Source: Styela clava | Lineage: Eukaryota | NCBI RefSeq assembly: GCF_964204865.1 | Contig: NC_135250.1 | Location: 24,366,001 to 24,430,000, forward strand | DNA: 64,000 nucleotides | Direction: 5' to 3' | Shown: positions 55,210 to 64,000 of the stretch, one piece after another | How the letters are laid out: each line of letters starts with the position of its first letter | How positions within the stretch are numbered: position 1 is the stretch's first letter | Translations under genes and position numbers: made by a program | The notes under the pieces: generated by a model | Told to the model about the DNA's origin: nothing | The model's input: the letters and a program-made list of their open reading frames with translations, nothing else | Database searches by the model: none

Positions 55210-56010
55210 CCCCTCTGTTACAGCACGATACGACAAGAGTATCAACAAATCGATAATCCACTACAAACAAATCAATTAAATTACTCAGTAAAAAGGAAAA
55301 TATACAAACAAATGAAAAAAAAAATGAATAAATTTTTTTTGCCACACCAAATTAATATTTTTATGAGGATTGCCAAATTGGATACCGAATTAGTCAACAA
55401 GAGTAATGTATTGTGGATAGAAAAGTATTCCTCAAAAGATATCGCCAAGCTGATTATAATTGGAGTCCCCTAATGCCAAATTGCCCAATCAGAATTGCCA
55501 AGTTAGATGTATGAAGAGGTGGGCTAAACCTGCTTCACTCATCCAATAGAAGCCACAACAAGCCAAATAACGTCCAAATTATTTCAAATACTATTAATCA
55601 ATAACAGTACCGGAATCATAATTAAAATTAATTAGGGCGGTATTTTACAGAGGTAGGTAAATTGCTCAAGGGAATATATATGGTGTTAAAGGTTTAAGTA
55701 AGGTTTCTAAGGTCATGGATTATAGGCAAGTAAATTTAATTGAGGTTGTTGATCACTGCGGTCAGTTAAAAGATTTTCAGCGTTCAGTATATTTTTTTTA
55801 TTTCGGTGAAGCCGACTGGACACGATGATGGAAGATTTTAAATATCAATATCTATAAATTCGTTTCAACTTCATCAGGGTTGTCATTCCTTTTTTTACAA
55901 GTAATTAACAGTTCAGATGAGTCTGTATAATAAATGATTTATTAAATGAATGCGCTAAAAACTCGATATTTTCTCAAAGTACCAATACATACGGAATAAG
56001 GTATGATATG
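55210..56010 (-). pseudogene. MSMB-like fragment M6 (M3 paralog)
   Basis: 55800-56010 is nearly identical to 44005-44215 (exon 1 end, intron 1, exon 2). Exon 2 is interrupted, with the CC remnant at ~55215-55260. Confidence 0.72.
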
Positions 56011-57342
56011 ATAAGGTAGGTTTTATGAAAAACTCTGATTTGGAGGAATGTCACCGAAAAATTGCAGATATTTCAACAATTAACAAATTTAGAAGTTTTT
56101 TGGTGTTTTGTTTCAATTTCTATAAATTTGAAATTGCTTCTTTCTTTAGTTTTGACTACTTTCGGTTATATTCCAATCAGTTTCACGTAAGTTACGCAAA
56201 ATGTATTGGCGAGCGTTTGAACTGAAGAAATATAATGGAAAATTTCAATTTTTTGTCTTTTTTTATGTTTAGTATTATAATCATAAACAACTTTTAGCGA
56301 GAAGCGAAAGCACCATCCCTTAATTCAGAACGTGAATAAATATGTATTTAAATATTTGATTTTTTTCAAGCGAATTCCAACTTTTATTTTCGGTTTTATT
56401 TTAGGTAATCTGATTCAAATTTCCAAAATAGTTTTATAATAAAATATGTTGTGAATTTGTTCCAATTTTTAAAATAAAATGTATCAAAACAAAAATGACA
56501 AATTATCTAAAAATATGCGATAAAGCACTAATTATAAACCTTCGTGAAACTCTTCTACAATTACCAATATGATAATTATCAATATCATATTTGGCGATTT
56601 GCAAGCTATTCAAACCAATACAAGATATTGTCCATGGGATTTGAACAATCCACTATGACACAATTTAAGGACCAATTTAAATCACCTATATATAAATCAC
56701 ACGTAAAATTAATGAAATTTGTCGCAGCCACCATCCTTAACGAAGCAGACAAATACATAAATCGGAAATTTCATTTCCTACGGGATATACAGCATATCGT
56801 CGTCATTAGCGATACCACAATGCCGGTCGTAATTGATAGTTATTATATTCTCCATAAGAGTTGAATAATTAACACGAATGAAAGTGGTTTTCGAGATTTC
56901 ACGCAATTGGAAGTAGTCACATCGAAATTAAAAAGCTAAATATATTTCATACAAATTTTTCAAGACGAAAACATAAAATCAACGGAAATAAAATATAAAG
57001 CTTTGGTAAACAGATTAGTAATACAGACAAAGTATTTCCAAAAATAAATTAAAACTTTCTACATTATTAAAAAAACTTGTCATCTTATCGTAAAAATATT
57101 TTTTTTAAAATCACGAATGTGAATACTTGCACTCTCGTGATTTGTAAACATATTGAAAATGGAGAAAATCACTTCATCATGTGCTCAGAAAAGTATATAA
57201 GACTGTGATTATGTCAGATACAGCACAATTGAAATTATTTCTGTAGAAATTAGTTACTCCGCTGATTTTCAAATTTCTACGTTGTGGTTTAAAATCGAAA
57301 CCTTATTTGCTTGAATTATTGAGTTTTTTTCTTATAAAGAAG

Positions 57343-58128
57343 ATGAAAAATTTCGCGATAAAGGCTGTTTTTATAACGTTGATCTCGTTTCCAATTGTTG
57401 GATGCATCAACGCCGCTTGCATTTACCACGGTACAGCAGAAGGTAGAATATGTAAACACTTCCCCAATATTACTCCAGTGTTTCGAGTGGCGAATTTTCA
57501 TGAAGTTGGTGAAGTGTGGGACGATGGAATATGCGTTGAATGTCGATGCCATCCCGTAACTTACAGAGTATGTATTGGTACTTTGTCATGGATTGCTGTT
57601 TAATCAAAAATAACCTTTTAAGCACGTTTGTATATTATATTTATACAGACTCTGAACTGTTCGCTAATGACACGTCATGGAATTCCTGGACCTGATAAAG
57701 TTCAATCTTTTTATGAAGATATTGATATTCTTCCATCATCATGTCCAACCGGCTTCATCGAAATGAAAGAATCTAGTAAACATCTCCCATCTCTAATGTT
57801 CCTAGTTTTTCGAACAATCGAAACTGTTGAAGCAAGATGTTGTAGCACGTAAGTGATTATAAAATCTAATTAAATAGGTTACACGCGCCTAAATGCAGTT
57901 AGTTATGATGATGATTGTGTTACATAATCTTTTTACAGAATGTATAATTAGTACCCTCAGTAGCGCACGCAACCATAACTCGCTATGTTTATGTTTTTCA
58001 GATACCCACTTGCCCGTTTCCCAAGCGAGTGTGAAGCGATACCTCACGATTCCGAACCATGCAAAGACAAATATGTTCTCAAATCTGACAATACTGTTCA
58101 GTGCCCTGAAGTTAAAATTTTGACGTAA
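57343..58128 (+). CDS. MSMB-like secreted protein M7, intact, 183 aa (recent duplicate of M4)
   Basis: Exons 57343-57567, 57649-57848, 58002-58128. In frame, all Cys present. Confidence 0.82.
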
Positions 58129-58214
58129 AATAAAATGCTTTGAATTTACATATATTTAATTCATTCAATTTACAAACAATGTATGTATGTTGGGTAGGAA
58201 GGACGGACTTTCAA

Positions 58215-59518
58215 TTTATTTTTCAAATCTTTCATAGCAACATCATATATAATCGCTATTATTAGGAAAACCAATGTTCCCAAAAAGGATTTTGAATCGT
58301 CTGTGTAAATCTTCCATCAAGCCACAATCGTGTTCCCATTTGTTGGCGAACAGTTTGTGTGTCATTTGGGCTTTAACCTTTTTTCCTGGGAAAAGTTTGT
58401 CCGGAATTTCTTGATTTATGAATTTATGATTTATGAACGGTTCCCGGCCATCTTTAACGTTATAAATCAAAAGTTTGCTGCTTGGGCATATTGACCTAAC
58501 GTATAAATTGTGCTGCCGATATCTGGACCTGAGGATAAGGATGGTACTTGTTAAATGCGTGAAAGAGAAATAATTATGTGTAACTTTGCGTACTTCGATG
58601 TAATGGGTCGAAACAAATTGATTGAGAAAAGATTATGCGTAACTTTGCGTAATTCCACGTAATTCGTCGTAAATTACAAATGCAGTTTGAGGCACCTTGT
58701 GGCGTCTGAAGCTGCCGCAAAATCATGGCGGGATTTACAAACCATGGCCGCTATGGTCAAATCATTGCGGCTTACTATTTAGCTGCCACAAACAAATGGC
58801 GTGAGGCGGGGTACCACGACATCAAATTGAAAACCATGGCGGGTAAATTGTGCTGCCACAAACCAAGGCATGTAGGCTGTAATGGCAGGAACGCCCCTGA
58901 TCGTGACACACTTTGGGTAAGTTACAACATTTTTCTTACAGATACAGTTTCGATTGATTTGGGGTTAGGTTTCAGATTTAGGTAGATATAATTTCGCATG
59001 GTGAACTAAAATCTGGTACATGACTTTGTGAATATACTGGTAATAGCGCCATAAAACCATATTAAGAGACGCCGCGGTTCGTTCGTAGCAGGAGCCGCTA
59101 TGAGGTGGTAATCACTGCGTCTCGTAACTTACGTGACAAAGTCGAAACAAATCGATCTAGAAAAGATTAGTTTAATGGTGTGGTCGGTAATCACCGAACC
59201 TGCCCATAAAGAGAGAAACGTTTTGTATAGTTAGACGCAATATTTAGACATTATAAGAAATGAAATTAATAGTCTGATTTTTACGTTAAGGCTTGAGAGC
59301 CGAGTTTGAAGTGTTTAACTTAATTTGAGCTGAGATCGTTTTAAACTGGTTAGAAATCTATTAGTATCAACTGAACTCATAAAAGCTTCAATTGGTGTGT
59401 TCCTGAAAATTGTTGAATTCCAAGACAAGCATTAAGAAATAGAAAGCCTCGTTTTAGGAATCTGCGATACACCGAACCCAAAATCCAATGATACATTTTC
59501 ACGATGAAATCACTTTTC
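58215..59518 (-). pseudogene. Sulfotransferase pseudogene S6 (exons 4-5 only, S4 subfamily)
   Basis: Exon 4 at ~59518-59376 has its donor GT mutated to TT. Exon 5 from 58528 has indels. The 5' exons are missing and replaced by the truncated 3' end of M8. Confidence 0.8.
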
Positions 59519-59711
59519 CTGAAAAAAAAATTACAATATATATATATATATGAATGGATTCAAGAAGAGACCCTTGTACATTACACCCATTTCCTCAAAA
59601 ATTTAACGATGATGAAATCTCTATTCAAATTTTGGGTTCACACGTCACTACCTCAGCTAGATCTACTAGATTTTAAAAATACTTTTATTTCGCCACTGCC
59701 TACTGAAGTTA

Positions 59712-60721
59712 TTTCACAATCCTCTGGTAGAACGGCAAGTTGCATGCTGCAAAACATAAACAAAATATTAGAAAAATCATCGACAAAAAGTGTTGTAAAA
59801 CCTTCATAAACTTGTATTCCTAGTTGACTAAGCCGCTAAGCTTCATGGTCCACCAGAACTGACAACATTGAAGTGCACCTAACTCTACCTTCAAATTTTA
59901 TATTTACCCACCTCCTGTCACAGCAAGATGAGGCGACAGTGTCAACAAATCAATAAACTAAGAACATTCGAGATGCGAGATGTTTATTGGAATCAGTAAC
60001 TTGGGTGAAGGCGAACGGACATGATGTTGGATAGACGTTGCCAAGATTTATAAATTCGGTTTCAACCTCATCAGTGCCAGTTCTTTCATCTTCTACGAGT
60101 AGCGAACAGTTTAGATGAGTCTGTACAAAAGTTGAGAAATGGAATTTTAAAAACTTTATTATTTTTCAAGAAAAAACAAGAGAACAATGCTCAAACATAA
60201 GAACACGAAAGCCAAGACGAAGTAGTACCGTAAATATATGCTACTACGGTAGTACTGGTATCAAATCTTTTATAGTAGCGGTAGTCCTCCCTACTTCGCT
60301 GACCACCAGATCGCTGGCATGGTGCGCACTTTTTAATTTTAAAGACGTCATCACACAAAATTTAAGATTGAAAAGCAAATCCCATGAATCCCACACATTA
60401 TAAAAGTAATACATACCCTTGTAGCGACTACAACAACATAATAATATTAATAATGAAACGATCCATATAAATTTTTGTCCAATACTAGTCAATTATTACT
60501 GATTCATACTCTGTAAGTTACGGGACGGCATCGACAATCAACGCATCGTTCCACACTTCACCAACTTCATAAAAATTTGTAAATCTACTTGTAGGAGTAG
60601 TTGATGTGTGTCTACACCAGGTATCTCCTGATATATCGTAGGTACAACTGGCGTTGATGCACCCAACAATTGCAAATGAGATCAAAGTTATAAATACCAC
60701 TTTCATCGCAGAAAATTTCAT
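59712..60721 (-). pseudogene. MSMB-like pseudogene M8 (M2 paralog)
   Basis: 7-nt deletion after WND in exon 1, TGA in exon 2 (starts 60120), and exon 3 truncated after LPEDCE. Confidence 0.83.
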
Positions 60722-62755
60722 TTTGTTTGTAGGAAACGAATTTAATTATTCAGGTTTCGATTTTATAACACAGTTCAGAAGTTTGCAAACTATTAGAGTT
60801 AACCAATTTCTTTTGTTCTGTTTCTGTTGTTTTGTTTTGTTCAATTTTAGTTGTTCTGTATTTGAAATATTCGCCGCCTTTTATACTTTCCGGGACCGGA
60901 AAAAATGAATGCGATTCGTTCTGTCGTGTTATTTTAGTTCACTGTAACGAAAGTAAACACTCCTAATTTTTCATATAATTTCTGGAATAAGAGCTTTTTT
61001 GAAAAATGATAACTTACTCACTTGTTTTCGGTAAATTAGAAATAGTTTCCTATTTTATATTTGCGACTACTTTCATTTACATTCCATTTAGCTTGACGTA
61101 AGTTACGCAATTACATTTATTGGCGAGAGTTGGAACTGAAGAAATATTATAAAAAAAAACTTTTGTATTTTTTCGTCTCCAATAGTATAATCATAAACAA
61201 CTTTTAGCGATAACTTAGAAATTACTGTATATCTAAAACTTCAAACAAAGTGCCTTCATGTTCAGATTATTGTTAGAGTCTGAATTGAGTGAATATATAT
61301 TGTTCTGATTCCTAATTTTCTGCGAAACAAATGCTATAGAAAGTTAACTAACGATTAATATTATTTTATAGTTGCTACAAATTTTTATTATTTTCACAGG
61401 TTCCATAAAACTTTTTGGCCACGGACTGTTATTGTCGGGCTCGGCCGAGGTTGGCGTCAACGAAATAAACCGACTTTGCCTTCGATTTTCATTGACGAGA
61501 ATGTTTTTGTATGAAATGTGTTTTTTTGGTTCAATTTCCATTTTGATTTAAAAATTAAATATTAAACCAGAAAAAGTGTAAAATGGACACGATAACAACC
61601 CATCATAAACCAGATTATGTTTATTTTTTCAAGCGATTTCCAGCCATTATTTTTGATTCTATTTTATGTAATATGATTAAAATTGCCAAAAGAGTTTTGT
61701 AATAATATATGTTTTAAAATTGATTGAATTATTAAAAAAGTTTTGTATCAAAATGAAAAGTTATCTGAAAATATGTGATAAAGCGATCAGGTTTCTTTGT
61801 GGAACACTACTACAACCAACGTTTCTTACAGATTATTTTAAACTATTCTGTTTTCTAAACATATTTATGCCTGGAATACCGAGAATAAAGATATATAAAT
61901 GTAACAGTAATTATAGTAGGACGACTTAAGGATTTGAAAAAGTTACTCATTGCAAAAATTAAATTTTTAAAAGCGTTTCAATAACAAATACAGATATAGC
62001 CATGAACCACGTGGTATGATGAGCTGTGATTAACTGTGAGTTATTTGCGCTTCCGATATAAAACCAGAAGTTGAAAAATACTAATCAATAAAATGAAATT
62101 TATTGGTTATTCAATAAACATATATTTTCTTTACACGAGAGGTGAGTTTCAATAAAGCAAGGTTGTAAAAAGTGTTTTCGTTAAACAAAACCCAAAACTC
62201 GATACAAGAATTCATATGTAGAATAATCAATTTGCTTTTAAGTTTTTCGGGATATACAGCGTTGCAATTTCATGTTTTCGTCGTCATTAGCGATGTGACA
62301 GTACTTGGCGTGATTGATAGTTATTAATTTCTCCAAAGTGAAATAATTGACGCGAATGAATGTTGGAATTAGTCATAACGAAATTGAAAGGCTAAATATA
62401 TTTCATACAATTTATTTTTAGACCAAAACATAAAATCGACAAAGATAAAATATTAAATTTTAGTAAACATATTAGTAATACAGACAAAATATTTCGTCGA
62501 AAATATATATTTTTAAATCATAAACGTGACTACTTGCACTCTTGTGATTTGTAAACAAATTAAAAATGGAGAAAGTCACTTTATCAGGTGCTCAGAAAAA
62601 TATATAAGACTGTGATTATGTCAGATACAGCACAATAGAAATCATTTCTGTAGAAATTAGTTACTCCGCTGTTTTTCAAATTTTTACGTTGTGGTTTAAA
62701 ATCAAAACCTTATTTGCTTTAATTATAATTATTGAAGTTGTTTCTTATAAACAAG

Positions 62756-63561
62756 ATGAAATATTCCGCGATAAATGTTGTTTTTTGTGACGTTGATCTC
62801 ATTTGCAATTGTTGGATGCATCAGCGGCAGTTGTGTCTACAATATAACAGGGGATAGAAGGTGCAAGCACACGTTTAATACTTCTTCAAGTGTAACTACG
62901 AAATTTTATGAAGTTGGTGAAGTGTGGAACGATAAACCATGCGTTGAATGTCGATGCAACATCGCATCTTATCACGCATGTATTGGTACTCTGTCATGGA
63001 TTGCTGTTTAACAAAAACATCTTTTAAACACATTTGTTTATTACATTTATATATATATATAGATTCATCTCAACTGTTCACTACTGACACCACATGGCTT
63101 TCCTGAACCTGTTGAAGTTGAAACCTATTTTGAAGATATTGATCGTAATAATCCTCCACCATCATGTCCACTCGGCTTCACCGAAATGAAAGAATCTAAT
63201 AAACACCTCCCATCTCTACTGTTAATAGTTTATCGAATAATTGAATCAGTGGCCACATCTTGCTGTAACAAGTAAGTGATTGTAAAATTTGATTGTAAAG
63301 TTACACGCGTCTAAAGCAGTTATTATGACGATGATTGTGATAAATAATCTTTTTACTTAATGTAAAATTAGAAACCTTAGTACCGCACGCAAACAAAACT
63401 CTCTAAATATTCTGTTTATGTTTTTCAGCAGGCAAACAATTGCCATTCTCCCAGCCGAGTGTGAAGCAATTCCTCACGATTCCGATTCATGCAAATATAG
63501 ATATGTTCTCAAATCTAGCAATAATGTTGAGTGCCCTGGAAATATAATAGTATCTGGATGA
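62756..63561 (+). CDS. MSMB-like M9: near-intact, alternative start and GC donor
   Basis: The ancestral ATG (62756) is frameshifted by an extra T, but ATG 62775 is in frame (MLFFVTLISFAIVGCISG). Exon 1 ends at 62975 with a GCATGT donor. Exons 63063-63271 and 63429-63561 are open with all Cys. Confidence 0.6.
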
Positions 63562-64000
63562 AAGGGGAAGAAAATCGTATAATATACTGTATATGAAGAA
63601 TTACATTTAAGAAACGACTATTAATTTAGATTTGCATTCAAGTTATTTTACATTTAACAAATAGTGTTTGTTATCACCAGCGCTGGACATTTTTGAATAC
63701 CTGACGATTTCACAATCGAATCAAATAGTTTTTTCAACTCGAATCTCCAATACTTAAAATATGTGACTTTTAATTGTGATGTGTCCTCCATGCACTTAAA
63801 CAGGAAAATATATATTTCATCACTCGAACGGTTCGCTGGCGTTCACAAGCATTAAGAAGCTTGTTTCATCCCTAACTCGCTAGGAAGAAAATAGTCATAT
63901 GTCAGAATTGTATTATAAAAGCTTCAATGACAACAATTGAGAAATTCACCTCGACCTTTGGCGTCCAAGTAAAATAAACAAGATTGCGGCAATTCGAAAT

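Noticed and set aside
58682-59110. GC-rich insert with ORF 58725-58985 in S6 intron 4
   Set aside because: Probably a repeat fragment (recurring CATGGCG/TGCCAC motifs), but I could not define termini, a TSD or protein homology.

Overview
AT-rich eukaryotic (metazoan) genomic DNA with spliceosomal GT-AG introns, a Pol III tRNA-Val(AAC) gene and many non-autonomous DNA transposons. An invertebrate such as an ascidian is plausible but cannot be proven from the sequence. In 1-19 kb I found no confident protein gene. From 19 kb to 63.6 kb lies a birth-and-death cluster of two interleaved families. (i) Five-exon P-loop sulfotransferases of the Sulfotransfer_4 (PF17784-like) type with a C-terminal membrane anchor: 2 intact genes, 1 in-frame internally deleted mini-gene, and several pseudogenes/fragments. 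(ii) Nine copies (M1-M9) of a three-exon secreted Cys-rich protein with the beta-microseminoprotein (MSMB/PSP94) 10-Cys pattern plus an unusual ~65-aa, 2-Cys insertion: 3 clearly intact, 2 near-intact, 4 pseudogenes/fragments. The MSMB-like genes mostly sit in head-to-head pairs flanked tail-to-tail by sulfotransferase 3' ends, so the two families appear to have been co-duplicated as a cassette. Paralog comparison shows substitutions concentrated at non-synonymous sites in the mature N-terminus. All gene models were built by hand from splice signals and paralog alignment; no database searches were run.
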